Of a stretch of 64,000 nt of DNA, positions 41,910-52,596 are shown piece after piece. The stretch covers positions 128,001 to 192,000 of the forward strand of contig CAWDKY010000017.1 of the NCBI GenBank assembly GCA_963802945.1, written 5' to 3'. The position numbers were made by a program, and so were the translations under genes. The notes under the pieces were generated by a model. The model was given only the letters and a program-made list of their open reading frames with translations. It had not been told where the DNA came from and made no database searches. How positions within the stretch are numbered: position 1 is the stretch's first letter; each line of letters starts with the position of its first letter. The DNA is from an uncultured delta proteobacterium. GTDB taxonomy: Bacteria > Desulfobacterota > RBG-13-43-22.

Positions 41910-42668
41910 TTATATAGTACTCCCTCCATCAACGGCCAGGACCTGACCGGTGACATAACTGGAGGCATCCGAAGCCAGATAAATAACAGCCCCCAACATT
42001 TCTTCTGGATCGGCTATCCGGCCCATCGGAGTTCTGCCGGTCACCGCTTTCAGGATGTCCGGATTACTCCAAAGGGGTTGGCTGAAGCCGGTTTTGGTCA
42101 TACCTGGGGCCACGACATTGGCCCGGATATTGTACTGGGCCCATTGTTGGGCCATCACCTTGGTGGCCATGATCACTCCGGCCTTACTAATGGAGTATAT
42201 TGGCAAAATATCCGGGCTGATCCCAGCGATAGAGGCAATATTGATGATTTTGCCGCCTCCCTTTTCCTTCATGATCTTGGCCACTGCCTGACTCAGGAAA
42301 AATAAACCCTTGAGATTCAGGTTCATAATCGAATCCCAAGCCCGGTCGTCAATGTCCATGGCCTGGGCCATGGTGGGATTTGTGGCTGCGTTGTTCACCA
42401 AGATGTCGATTTTCCCGAACTCGTCCACGACCCGCTTAACCAGATTGTTGATTTCCTCTATCCGGCCCACATGGGTAGGTATAGCCAGACATTTCCGTCC
42501 AATTTTTCTGATCTCTTCGGCCACCTTTTCCAAGTCGGGGAGTTTCCGGCTGGCAATGGCTACATCCGCCCCGGCCTGGGCCAGCCCTAGGGCTAAAACC
42601 CGGCCGATTCCCCGACTGGCTCCGGTAATGAGGGCCATTTTACCTTGTAATGAAAAATCCATTTCCAA
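41910..42668 (-). CDS. SDR family oxidoreductase
   Basis: TGASRGIG, NNAA, YSISK. Confidence 0.9.
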   Translation of the reverse strand: MEMDFSLQGKMALITGASRGIGRVLALGLAQAGADVAIASRKLPDLEKVAEEIRKIGRKCLAIPTHVGRIEEINNLVKRVVDEFGKIDILVNNAATNPTMAQAMDIDDRAWDSIMNLNLKGLFFLSQAVAKIMKEKGGGKIINIASIAGISPDILPIYSISKAGVIMATKVMAQQWAQYNIRANVVAPGMTKTGFSQPLWSNPDILKAVTGRTPMGRIADPEEMLGAVIYLASDASSYVTGQVLAVDGGSTI

Positions 42669-42845
42669 TTACCTCCTGTGAAATAATTTCCTTATAGATG
42701 GAACGAGTATAAAATAAGAAGGAACCAGGGGTCAAGGAGAATAACAGTAATGATTTATTATAGTGTTTCAAACTTTCTGCTTGATAAATTTCTTTCAGGA
42801 ATTAATATGGCCGAATGAGTACAATAAATTTATGGAGGTTTAACC

Positions 42846-43655
42846 ATGTTTGATCTGTCGAAGTTTTCATTAAAGGGCAAAACCGCGATTGTGACCGGCG
42901 GCAGTCGCGGTATCGGCAAAGCAATTGCCTTGGGGTTTGCCAAGGCCGGGGCCAGGGCGGTAATCACCAGCCGCAAGATTAACGATTTGGAAGCAACCGC
43001 TGCAGAAATTAAGACCTTTGGCGGAGAGGCCTTCCCTATCCAGGCCCATCTGGGCAAGATGGAAGAAATTAATAAAATGGTCGACACCGTCATTAGTAAG
43101 TTCGGGAAAATCGATATCCTGGTCAATAATGCCGGGGCCAGCCCGGCCATGGGCAACGTGTTGGAAACCGACGAACGCCTCTGGGACACCATTATGAACC
43201 TGAACATGAAGGGGCTTTATTTTACCAGCCAGGCTGTGGCCAAAGTGATGAAAAAGCAAGGAGGTGGGAAAATTATCAACTTCGCTTCCATCGACGGCTT
43301 CAGCCCGGAACGCAATGTAAGCGTTTATAGTATTTCCAAGGCCGGTGTCCGCATGATAACCAAGGCCTTCGCTTTGGAATTGGCCCCTTTTAATATTCAG
43401 GTGAATGCCATCGCACCTGGACCGATAAGCACCAAGATGTTGAATTCCCATTGGTTCCACCTTCCACCAGAAGAGGCTAAAAAGGGACAGGAAGCCATGG
43501 CCAAAATGACCCCTATGGGACGGATCGGCCAACCTGACGATATAGTCGGTGCGGCGATTTATCTGGCTTCCGACGCTTCCAGCTACACCACCGGGGCTGA
43601 AATTGTGATCGACGGCGGGGTTCTACAAGGCAAAGGCCTGGAGCCTACCGGTTGA
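42846..43655 (+). CDS. SDR family oxidoreductase
   Basis: TGGSRGIG, NNAG, YSISK. Confidence 0.9.
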   Translation: MFDLSKFSLKGKTAIVTGGSRGIGKAIALGFAKAGARAVITSRKINDLEATAAEIKTFGGEAFPIQAHLGKMEEINKMVDTVISKFGKIDILVNNAGASPAMGNVLETDERLWDTIMNLNMKGLYFTSQAVAKVMKKQGGGKIINFASIDGFSPERNVSVYSISKAGVRMITKAFALELAPFNIQVNAIAPGPISTKMLNSHWFHLPPEEAKKGQEAMAKMTPMGRIGQPDDIVGAAIYLASDASSYTTGAEIVIDGGVLQGKGLEPTG

Positions 43656-43883
43656 TTAAATTTATAACTTAAATGACGAACTCGGAAAAAGTCACTATGT
43701 CGGTCACCATGGTCCCGTACTTGATGCGGGACCGGGTGACTTAATCCGGATTTCGGCGACTTTTTTTGCATCCATCAACAATGAAAGAGCAACGCTGTGA
43801 AGGATTTGGACAAAAGCTTGATATGTCTCAGACCAAACTGAGGATTAATGAAGTGTTGACCCCGCCGAAGGCGAAATTAATGC

Positions 43884-44330
43884 TCATACTCCAGTTGAAA
43901 GGTTGATTTCCAATAAAGCCTTCCGAATTTCTTCAGGAATCAAAAATTCCATCTCCATTTTCGGTAAGAGAAGGGCCACTTGTTCACTTTGGCCCTTGGC
44001 ACAAACCAATCCATTGGACAGCAGATTTATCTCAAATTTTAAGACCATCTTAATTCTCGCTTCCTTAAGGATGGCGGTGCAGACGAATTCGTCGTCCAGC
44101 CTTAACGGATGAATATGTTTGATCGTGGAGCGGATGACCGGGAAAACATAACCTGTTTTTTTCGCATAGTCCAGCAAATCCAACCCCTGTTTCTTAAAAA
44201 GGGCCTGTCGGGCCACCTCGAAATATTTAAAGTAATTTCCATTCCAGACGAACTGCATGATATCGACATCATAATAAGGCACTTTCATCTGGACACTGGT
44301 CGAAACGGATTGAAGCATTTCCTTTTCCAA
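43884..44330 (-). CDS. Hotdog-fold acyl-CoA/ACP thioesterase (4HBT/YbgC-like)
   Basis: DVDIMQFVWNGNYFKYFEVAR. Confidence 0.88.
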   Translation of the reverse strand: MEKEMLQSVSTSVQMKVPYYDVDIMQFVWNGNYFKYFEVARQALFKKQGLDLLDYAKKTGYVFPVIRSTIKHIHPLRLDDEFVCTAILKEARIKMVLKFEINLLSNGLVCAKGQSEQVALLLPKMEMEFLIPEEIRKALLEINLSTGV

Positions 44331-44553
44331 TTATGATTATGAAAGCTTTTTAGTTTGTTTCTTCTCCCAATTAGTTGGTTGAAAGGGGTCGAGGATTCAA
44401 GGGTTCAAGTGACCTAGAGTTTCCAACTTTGCTAATGATAGCCCTTTATTTTTTAATTGAAGGCCGCCACAATGTCAAGGATCATATTCGGATTGACTAG
44501 GATAGTGTCATTTTATATTATTTTGGTAATTTTCTCTAGGAAAGCTGAAGATT

Positions 44554-45252
44554 TTGTCTGCAACAAATTTAGGCTCTAATTCCATAACGGATGGGCCTCC
44601 CGTCTCCTGGTCGGGGATCGAGCAATTTCGATCAGCCTGTCTAGGAATGGTGATCCTCGATAGAGAAACCCTTTTCCCCATGGAAGACCATCTGTTCACT
44701 TCCCGTGAATTGGGCAAGGCCTCAAGGATAGGGCCACGAAGACGGAAAAGTTTCTTTGCCGCCAGGATAGCCCTGAAGAATTTATCCCGCCAACTTGGCC
44801 TTGTTGGGGAAAACAGACCGGACCGGACTATTGAAACCCTGGGTCTAGATGACTTAAGTCCTTGCTTGGCTGAAAGCGATTTATATTGCTCTGTCTCCCA
44901 CAGTTCCAGGTTCGTTGTCGCCGTTGCCCACCGCTATCCGGTTGGTGTGGATATCGAGGCGGTTACCGATAAGATCGTCAGGATTCAGCACCTTTTTCTA
45001 TCGATGGGTGAAAAACAATTGATTTCGCAGTCCGGTCTTGATTTTACGCAAGCCGCAACTCGGGTATGGACTGCCAAGGAGGCGGCGGCCAAAGCCCTGG
45101 GGCTGCACCTTTTTCAGGCCATTCGAGAGATCGAGGTGGTCAAAGTGGGAAAGGAAGCCGGTGTATTGAGATATCAGGGTAAGAAATACCCAGTAGGACA
45201 TGGCGAAGGAAATGGGCAGGTGATTTCATTAATCACCTGTGATGATTCTTGA
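44554..45252 (+). CDS. 4'-phosphopantetheinyl transferase (Sfp/EntD-like)
   Basis: SVSHS, VGVDIE, WTAKEAAAKA; start uncertain. Confidence 0.85.
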   Translation: MSATNLGSNSITDGPPVSWSGIEQFRSACLGMVILDRETLFPMEDHLFTSRELGKASRIGPRRRKSFFAARIALKNLSRQLGLVGENRPDRTIETLGLDDLSPCLAESDLYCSVSHSSRFVVAVAHRYPVGVDIEAVTDKIVRIQHLFLSMGEKQLISQSGLDFTQAATRVWTAKEAAAKALGLHLFQAIREIEVVKVGKEAGVLRYQGKKYPVGHGEGNGQVISLITCDDS

Positions 45253-45337
45253 AAATTTCCTGCCCATCTTTTCGGCCAGACCCAAGGCCCTTTAGGTTAG
45301 GGCACGAATGATGGTTTCAAGCATTCTGATCGACTTC

Positions 45338-47059
45338 TCATGGGGTTTCGGGAAGAAAGGCCATACCCCAAGCACCCGGCCCCATATGGGCTGCGGAGGT
45401 GAGCGAAAGGAGTTGTAAAAAAACTTCCATTGAAGGAAACCTGCGTTCTATCTCCGGTTTGATCTCTTTTTCCAGCCAGTCCCTGTTGTCCGAGTATTCG
45501 AGAAGCAGGGTGAATTTCTGGTCTTTGGGAATTTCTTGCTCCAAAAAACGGAAGGCAAATTTGACCTGATCCTGAGTGCTTCTCACCACCCCCATCTTTC
45601 GCGCCCCATCCGGAAAGGGGCTGACGATGGGTTTAATGTGAAGGACATCCCCAAAAAAGGCGCCGGTTCTGGACATGCGTCCGCCAGCGGCCAGGAATTG
45701 CAATTTGTCCAGGAATATATATTCCTGCACCTCTTGAACAGCTTTTTCGGCAAAGGCTACGACCTCCGCAGGATTTCTGACTTGAAGGGCCAGTTCGGCC
45801 GAGGCCTTTGCTACCAATCCGAGTTTCCCAGAGGCCACGCCGGTGTCAATGACGATCATTCGGTTTTCTGGGTCATGGTCGGCCTTCCATTTCATAACGG
45901 CCTGATAATTCCCAGTATAGAAAGAGCCGACGCAGAGGTAAAGTACCTGATCATAGGTCTTCATGACCCTATGATAACACTCCAGGCGTTCGGCATCCGA
46001 AGCCTGGCTTGTGGAAACCTTGGCCCCGTTTTTCATGGCCGCAAAGAGTTGGGAGGCGTTTACAAAGGTTTCAGGAAGACAGAGCTGGTCCACGGTGATG
46101 TAACTGTTCAGCAGTGTGATGCCCAGTTCTTGAGCCAGGTCCCGGGTTATAGAACCGGCGCCGTCGGTCATGATATGGATGCACTGGTTTTTTCTGGGCT
46201 CATGGAACCGCAGGGTCTGTTCGGCCAGATCATCTTCGGACCAACTGATGATGGAGCCCAGGGCTGCCAGTTCTTGCCTGGCCCTTATCCGGTCCGGGGC
46301 GTGGAGATGTATCTTCAACCAATCTCCCCCGGGCATGGCCACCAATGATTCACCCATTCCTGACATCTGTTTCATCACCTCTTGCTCATTGCCTTCCACC
46401 TTGAGCACCACATCCAGGCAGTAGCCTTGATAAGTCCGGTCCTGCCAAGCGGAAGAAAGTTGGAGGACTTCCTTAAGTTCGTCGATGAACAGGGACTGCT
46501 CCACCACTTGACCGGCCAGGATGTTCAACAAGGGATCGAGAAAGACCAACATACCCAGAGCCCCCGCATCGACCACCCCGGCTTCCTTGAGTTCGGGCAA
46601 TTGTTCGGTGGTTAGTTTTACCGCCTCTTCCAGATCGTGGATAACCGCTTGCACCCACTTTCCTGAATCTTCAGGATGGGTTTTCTTCAGAGAAATCACC
46701 AGGGCATCAAAGAGAGAAAGCATGGTTCCCTGTTTAGGATTGGAAACGGCCTGGTAAGCCGAATCGCGGCCCGTTTCGGCCGATACGGCCAAGGTGTCAA
46801 GGGTGTGGCACTGGAGAAACCCGGAGAGAAACCGGGCGGCGATGTTGCCGGAGTTTCCCCTGGCCGAGAGCAGGACCTCACGGATTAATGTCTCCGGTGA
46901 CCCAGCATTGTTCTTCAAGGCGCTCAACGTAATGACAAGATTCCGACCCGTATCCCCATCCGGTACTGGATAGACATTGATCTGATCAAGAATATCGGCC
47001 CAGGCCACAATCCTTTCATAGCCAGCGGCCAGGGCCTTCATCATAAGTTCATCATTCAT
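45338..47059 (-). CDS. DAK2-DegV fusion (FakA/FakB-like fatty acid kinase)
   Basis: NVYPVPDGDTG, ARGNSG, VVDAG; then VSTSQ, GGR, IKPI, HMGPG. Confidence 0.88.
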   Translation of the reverse strand: MNDELMMKALAAGYERIVAWADILDQINVYPVPDGDTGRNLVITLSALKNNAGSPETLIREVLLSARGNSGNIAARFLSGFLQCHTLDTLAVSAETGRDSAYQAVSNPKQGTMLSLFDALVISLKKTHPEDSGKWVQAVIHDLEEAVKLTTEQLPELKEAGVVDAGALGMLVFLDPLLNILAGQVVEQSLFIDELKEVLQLSSAWQDRTYQGYCLDVVLKVEGNEQEVMKQMSGMGESLVAMPGGDWLKIHLHAPDRIRARQELAALGSIISWSEDDLAEQTLRFHEPRKNQCIHIMTDGAGSITRDLAQELGITLLNSYITVDQLCLPETFVNASQLFAAMKNGAKVSTSQASDAERLECYHRVMKTYDQVLYLCVGSFYTGNYQAVMKWKADHDPENRMIVIDTGVASGKLGLVAKASAELALQVRNPAEVVAFAEKAVQEVQEYIFLDKLQFLAAGGRMSRTGAFFGDVLHIKPIVSPFPDGARKMGVVRSTQDQVKFAFRFLEQEIPKDQKFTLLLEYSDNRDWLEKEIKPEIERRFPSMEVFLQLLSLTSAAHMGPGAWGMAFLPETP

Positions 47060-47098
47060 TTTGATTTCGTTAACTCCATTCGTTTTCTGGATTGGACC

Positions 47099-48010
47099 TC
47101 AAAGACCGGCAGATGGTTTTCTTAAGTCGGCCGGAAGAGGTTGGAAAAAAGGTTCAAAGATGTACCACTGAAAAGGATGGCGGCGGACCATCTCCTCTAA
47201 GGCCTCAGCGTAGGCCTGGGCGCTCTCCTGAAGGACTTTGTCCCTTTCAGAATGGGAAGAGGCCTTCACCTGTCTGGGAGGAAGGACAATGACCTGATGC
47301 CTTCCTCGTTTAACCCGAAAGGTGAATAGAATGAAGAGAGGCGCCCCTGAGATCATAGCCAGCAGATAGGGACCTGAGGCCAGGGCTACATCTCGGCCAA
47401 AAAATTTCACCGGGAGAAGTGAGCGCTGTTCGGTCCAGATCAGATCACCGGCCAGGGAAACGAATCCCCCTTCCCTGATAAACTTGATCGCCTCCAGCCC
47501 TCCCATGAGAGAATCTCCCTGTTCCCTAGCCACCTGAATGGTGATCCCCCGGTCCTTTAAGGTCTGGCGCTGATCCCGAGCCACCAGCCTGGCCTCCTTT
47601 TCACCCATGATCAGGAGGAGCTTAAGTCCATATTTCTGAAAGCCTCTGGCCGCAATTTCATAACTGCCCAAATGGGACATGAGGATAATCCCTCCGGTAC
47701 CCCTTTTATTCGCCTCTAATATCCCTTCCTTCCCTTCCGTTGATGTGTAGACCCTTTTTTCGCTCTCAATATCAATCCGGTCCCCGTAAGTGGCGGCAAA
47801 GGAATGAAACTGGCGCCAGGCGCAATAAAGATGATACCATCCCCTTCGATCAGGAAAGATAGCCTGGTAGAGCTGGACACTGAGTTTCCTCCTGGAGGAG
47901 TAAAAGAAAAAGTATCCTGTGGACACCCACCAGGCGAAAAACCGAAGGGGCCGGGAGCCCAGAAGCAAGGCAACTCCGGTGACCGTTTTGAAAAGTAAGG
48001 TCTTTATCAT
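47099..48010 (-). CDS. LpxL-like lysophospholipid acyltransferase
   Basis: SHLGSYE, LAGD, HPFQWY. Confidence 0.85.
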   Translation of the reverse strand: MIKTLLFKTVTGVALLLGSRPLRFFAWWVSTGYFFFYSSRRKLSVQLYQAIFPDRRGWYHLYCAWRQFHSFAATYGDRIDIESEKRVYTSTEGKEGILEANKRGTGGIILMSHLGSYEIAARGFQKYGLKLLLIMGEKEARLVARDQRQTLKDRGITIQVAREQGDSLMGGLEAIKFIREGGFVSLAGDLIWTEQRSLLPVKFFGRDVALASGPYLLAMISGAPLFILFTFRVKRGRHQVIVLPPRQVKASSHSERDKVLQESAQAYAEALEEMVRRHPFQWYIFEPFFQPLPADLRKPSAGL

Positions 48011-48015
48011 TCTCT

Positions 48016-49655
48016 CTAACCGGCCTTAATCTCTTGCCTTAAGATCCTCTTCAAGATCTTTCCTGCCGGATCCCTGGGAATTTCCCGCCGGATAAGGATG
48101 GTCTTAGGCACCCGATAATCAGGCATATTTTCTTTGCAGTACTTTAGAAATTCCTCTTTACCCCCTTCCAGACCTTCTTTCAAGGCGATCACCGCCGCGA
48201 TTGCCTGCCCTTTGATCCGGTCAGGGACTCCGATTACGGCAACGTCCTTGACCTTGGGGTGCTTTTCCAGGACGGCTTCGATCTGACTGGGGTAGATGTT
48301 GAATCCACTGGAGATGATCAAGTCATCTTTCCGGTCCACCAGGTAGAAATATCCCTTTTCATCCATTCGAGCCAAGTCCTTGGTGTACAGCCATCCGTTA
48401 CGCAAAGCCGATGAGGTGAGTTCCTTGTTATTCCAATAGCCCTGCATAATCTGAGGCCCTTTCACCACCAGTTCGCCGATTTCACCCACCGGGCACATTC
48501 TCTCTGACCTGTTTCTATGTCCATGATCCTGACCTCCGTGTCCGGTGAGGGTAACCCAATGGAGCCTCGGGGTCCGCCGCTGGGTGAAGGCGTGAAGTGG
48601 GTGGCCCCGGAGGCCTCCGAGAGCCCATAGGCCTCGATGATCTTCCTGCCGGTGAGTTTTTCATAACGGTCATGGACCCAGGAAGGGAGGGGTGCCCCTC
48701 CGCTGGTAGCCACCTGAACGGAAGAGAGCTGGGGCCCGGCAACTTCCGGAGGAAGGGACAAGATGGCCGCCCATAAACTGGGTACGACCGGGAAGGAAAT
48801 GGGCCGGTAATGCTCATTGGTTTTCATCAAAGAGAGGATGTCCATCGGGTCAATCCTAGGGAGGAGTATCATCCGGTATCCTTTATATACGGAAACGAGG
48901 AGACAAGCCGACATCCCGAAAACGTGGAAGAAAGGAATCACACACAGGACCGCTGCATTCCCGGCTTTCTGTTCTCCCATCCAGGCATCGGACTGGAGTA
49001 CACTGGCAACGATATTGAAGTGGGTCAGGGTAGCCGCCTTGGGCACTCCGGTGGAACCGCTGGAATACTGAAGCACTGCCACATCTTTGGAAGAGACCTG
49101 AACCCCCGGCTCTTCTGCCATATTGACTGAGGACAGGACCTCTTGGAATATCTGAGGTTGAGGGACCCCTTTTTCCAGGGGGATTTTCTTTTCCAGCCCG
49201 AATATGGAGTGAAGAATGATGGTTTTCACCCCGGTTTTAGTAATCACCAGATAAAGATTCTGAGCGAATAGGTCCAGGGTGACGACCATCTTGGCACCGG
49301 AGTCGTTCAAACAGCGGATAAGTTCTTCTCCCTGAATCCCGACACTCATATTGACCACAATAGCCCCCAGCTTTAGGGCGGCAAAAAAGGCGATCACATA
49401 GGTAGGGGAGTTCACTAAAAGAAAGGCGATTCGATCTCCTTTTTCCAACCCGCGCTTCCGGAGGGCCTGGGCCAACTGGTTCACCCTCTCGTTCAGGTCC
49501 CTGTAAGTCATGTCGATCTCGTTGAAAGTGATGGCCGTATAATCAGGATGGTTGGCCACCGTGTCCAGAAGGAATTGTTGGATGGAAATCTCCGGGTAAG
49601 CAATGGAATGGGGGACATGTCTTTCATATTGTTTAAGCCATGGCTTGTCTCTCAT
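48016..49655 (-). CDS. Long-chain acyl-CoA/ACP ligase (frameshift near 48500)
   Basis: YSSGSTGVPK, EAYGLSE, DRKDD, PAGKIL. Confidence 0.88.
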
Positions 49656-49815
49656 TGATGGATCTTCCTCCCGGGGATAGGTTTTATCTAAAAAATTTTT
49701 TTGGTTATTTTTTAACAACAGGCTCATACGGACCCCAGGATGCCAAGTCTGTCTTTGTCTGTGGGGAGTGGTGCTTAACTCTTTTTTCCACCTTATTTAA
49801 GGAATGAATCTTCTA

Positions 49816-50076
49816 TCACTTTTTCCGGTTGGCTTCAATGTATTCAGCTAGGGAGGAAAGGGTAATGAAGACCTTCTCGCCCAAGTCCTTACTGAAGATC
49901 TCAACCCCGTAATCCCTTTCAACCAGGACCACCAGGACCAATAGATCCACGGAAGCCAGCCCCAGACCTCCATCAAAGAAAGGGGTATCATCGACCAGTT
50001 CATCCGGATTCACATCCTCGAGCTGGAGCTCTTCCACGATTTTTTCTTTGAGTTCTTGCAGGAGTTGTTTCCTCAT
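49816..50076 (-). CDS. Acyl carrier protein
   Basis: Acidic 86 aa, GLGLASVDLL carrier motif. Confidence 0.85.
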   Translation of the reverse strand: MRKQLLQELKEKIVEELQLEDVNPDELVDDTPFFDGGLGLASVDLLVLVVLVERDYGVEIFSKDLGEKVFITLSSLAEYIEANRKK

Positions 50077-50097
50077 TTTCCCTTTATAAGTGGACCT

Positions 50098-50249
50098 CTA
50101 TCCGAAAATGTCTTTCTTTGGATTCAAATTCCTCGTTAAGTAGTCTACAACACCCTAGGCGGTTCCGATCGTTCTAAATTCTTTCTCGATAATAGGCAGG
50201 CCGATCTCGGATACCATCGCAGCCAATCCAATGCGTCAATACTGTCCAT
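50098..50249 (-). pseudogene. Remnant of a second ACP
   Basis: MDSIDALD, frameshift, then AAMVSEIGLPIIEKEFRTIGTA*GVVDYL. Confidence 0.55.
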
Positions 50250-50374
50250 GGCACTGCTTTCTTATACTAAAATCAATTTTTTTTATCAAATATTTTTCCA
50301 TGTGAAATAATATATAGGCTGAGGCTCTATCTTCGGAAGGGGAAGAAGGCAGAGTTAACAAAGAGAGTATAATC

Positions 50375-51634
50375 TTATTTTTCAACCCGGCCGAATTTTC
50401 GGGCGCCCTTGCTCTTCCATCGGCGGAAGGTCCCGTCGGCCATTTCCTTGGCAACAACCCGCTTGAACAGTTCGAACATCCGATAGGACTGGGATTTTTC
50501 GCGGTAGAAGATTTCCCAGGACTGGTCATATAATTCCTGAAGGCGCTCCGGACTCATGTGTTTGGGCTGGAAGACGACCTTGTCACAGGTATAGTCGTCC
50601 CAATTAAAGGAAAGAATCCGCCCTTCCTGAAGCAAATCACTAAAGGCCCGCGTGTGGGGGAAAGGGGTCAGGACGGTAAATTCCGCCAAGTCCAATTCGA
50701 TCTCCAGGAGGAAGTCGAACAAACGGCGGATATACTCCTCCGTATGGTGGTCGAGTCCCAGGAGGATGGTTCCTTCAACACCGATACCGAAATCGTGGTA
50801 GTGCTTAATCCGGTTGCGGATGAAGTCCGAGGTATCGAAGATCGCCTGATAGACGTACCAGGCCCCGGCCTGGGCCGCTAGATTGAGGACCTCATCATCG
50901 TCCTCGATGGGGTGGGAACACCATTTCTTTTTTAAAGGAATCATCTCCCGGAAAAGCTGCTTTTCCCAGGCTTTGTCCTGAGCCAGGGAATTATCAACGA
51001 TGAAAAGGCGGTTATTGTCTATGGCGTCCAGTTCCTCCACGACCTTCTCCATGGGGCGGGGCCGAAACTTGCGTCCTCCGAGGAAGCTGACACAGCAGGG
51101 ATAGCAGTTAAACCGGCAACCTCGTGAGGCGTGGAAAAGATCGACCATCTGGAGACCTTTGAAATTGTAAAGCTCCCGCTTCAGGATGTCCCGCCGGGCC
51201 GTGCCGACCGAAGCGATGGGAGGAAAATCCGTCAGAAAATTGTAGACCTTTCGAAGACGGTTATTCCGGAAATCATCAAAGACCTGCTCCATCCGTCCTT
51301 CCGCTTCCCCAAGGAAGACGGCGTCGCTGTGCTGGGAAGTCTCTTCGGCATGAAGCATCGTTGCAATGCCGCCGCAAATGACCGGTACCCCCTTTTTCCG
51401 GTATTCATCGGCGATTTCCCAACCCCGCTTAACCTGGCTGGTCAGCATCAAAGAGATCCCGACCATATCCTCCGAATCGTTAATATCGATAGTCTCCAGA
51501 TTTTCATCGACGAATTCGATTTCCACCTCTTGGGGTATTGTGGCGGCAAAGACCACGGGGCCGTGAGGGGGAAGATGGAATTCGGTCTGGCCCTTAAGCT
51601 TCTTCCATTTAGGATAAATAAGTTTAAATTTCAT
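50375..51634 (-). CDS. B12-binding radical SAM protein
   Basis: GGIA..GEAE N-terminal domain; SRGCRFNCYPC; TPFPHT. Confidence 0.9.
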   Translation of the reverse strand: MKFKLIYPKWKKLKGQTEFHLPPHGPVVFAATIPQEVEIEFVDENLETIDINDSEDMVGISLMLTSQVKRGWEIADEYRKKGVPVICGGIATMLHAEETSQHSDAVFLGEAEGRMEQVFDDFRNNRLRKVYNFLTDFPPIASVGTARRDILKRELYNFKGLQMVDLFHASRGCRFNCYPCCVSFLGGRKFRPRPMEKVVEELDAIDNNRLFIVDNSLAQDKAWEKQLFREMIPLKKKWCSHPIEDDDEVLNLAAQAGAWYVYQAIFDTSDFIRNRIKHYHDFGIGVEGTILLGLDHHTEEYIRRLFDFLLEIELDLAEFTVLTPFPHTRAFSDLLQEGRILSFNWDDYTCDKVVFQPKHMSPERLQELYDQSWEIFYREKSQSYRMFELFKRVVAKEMADGTFRRWKSKGARKFGRVEK

Positions 51635-51756
51635 GAAAAAAAAGTATCATAGCCGAGGGGCCAGGTCAACCCTTTAGCGAATTTTCAAGACTGAACTATG
51701 ACCTGGTCCAAAGGACCAGGGTTTCTATGCCCAACTAAATCATATTTCCATTCTTG

Positions 51757-51838
51757 TCATTCCGTGCAAGCATAGCGCGACACGGAATCCAGTGTCTTCA
51801 TTTAGTTAGTTCTGGATGCCGGCTTTCGCCGGCATGAC
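51757..51838. repeat. GTCA-tagged palindromic repeat of the subtype carried inside the 142-bp MITE
   Basis: GTCATTCCGTGCAAGCATAGCGCGACACGGAATCCAG...CTGGATGCCGGCTTTCGCCGGCATGAC. Confidence 0.8.
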
Positions 51839-51903
51839 GGCATAGCTACATTTATCTTCAATAACAATCCAGCCTTTTAATGATGGTGTTCGTAACCAAT
51901 TCA

Positions 51904-52497
51904 TTATTTTTCAAAACCTGTTTCCTTTGCTGCTGGTTTCTTTAAACCCTCAATGTTGGATTTATGGGCCAGGAAGATTAAAACCAGAGTCAAACCAGCA
52001 GCGATAACCACCGGCCATGCCCAAGAGTAATGCATCATGGTTCCCACACCCAAAACCGTAATCATAAAAAACGATCCGATGAAGGTTACACGGAACAACC
52101 CATAAACCAGGACCCAAACTAGGCAAGCAATTCCGGTTGAAACAGGGGAGATCAACGCGGTAAACCCCAGATAGCCGGCCACCCCCTTTCCACCGCGAAA
52201 TCCGTGAAACAAAGGCTTTTGGTTCCCAACCACGAGGGCCAGACCTAGTAAAGGCACTAAGGGAGCAGGCAGAAACCAAACCCCGCATTGGGCGACGGCT
52301 GCAGCGCGGCCGACATCGAGAAGGAGGATCACCAGGCCCCAGGGTTTGCCCAGTAGCCTAGTGACGTTCGTTGTTCCGGCATTGCCGCTGAAATAGCTTC
52401 TTGGGTCACCTTTATCGAGGATCCCAAATAGAAGGATGGAAAAGTTGATCGAGGCGGCCAGATAGGTCAACAGGATCAATAGGATTAAATTCCCCAT
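51904..52497 (-). CDS. plsY: Glycerol-3-phosphate acyltransferase PlsY
   Basis: SGNAGTTNVTR, FRGGKGVA, HKSNI. Confidence 0.88.
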   Translation of the reverse strand: MGNLILLILLTYLAASINFSILLFGILDKGDPRSYFSGNAGTTNVTRLLGKPWGLVILLLDVGRAAAVAQCGVWFLPAPLVPLLGLALVVGNQKPLFHGFRGGKGVAGYLGFTALISPVSTGIACLVWVLVYGLFRVTFIGSFFMITVLGVGTMMHYSWAWPVVIAAGLTLVLIFLAHKSNIEGLKKPAAKETGFEK

Positions 52498-52596
52498 TTA
52501 TTCCTCCGCTCCGGATAACAAAAGATTTTATGCCCCCGGCCTAAGCCGATGTTAGGGCTGTCCCTGGTCAGGTCTCTCTGAACGGCCCGCGGTTCT

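Noticed and set aside
21110-46348. Long antisense ORFs (21110..21853, 35495..36112, 37906..38604, 42870..43532, 45536..46348)
   Set aside because: Each overlaps a well-supported opposite-strand gene and has no motifs.
51701-51726. Hairpin CCTGGTCC-AAA-GGACCAGG as an IS200/IS605 end
   Set aside because: Single copy with no tnpA/tnpB nearby; insufficient evidence.
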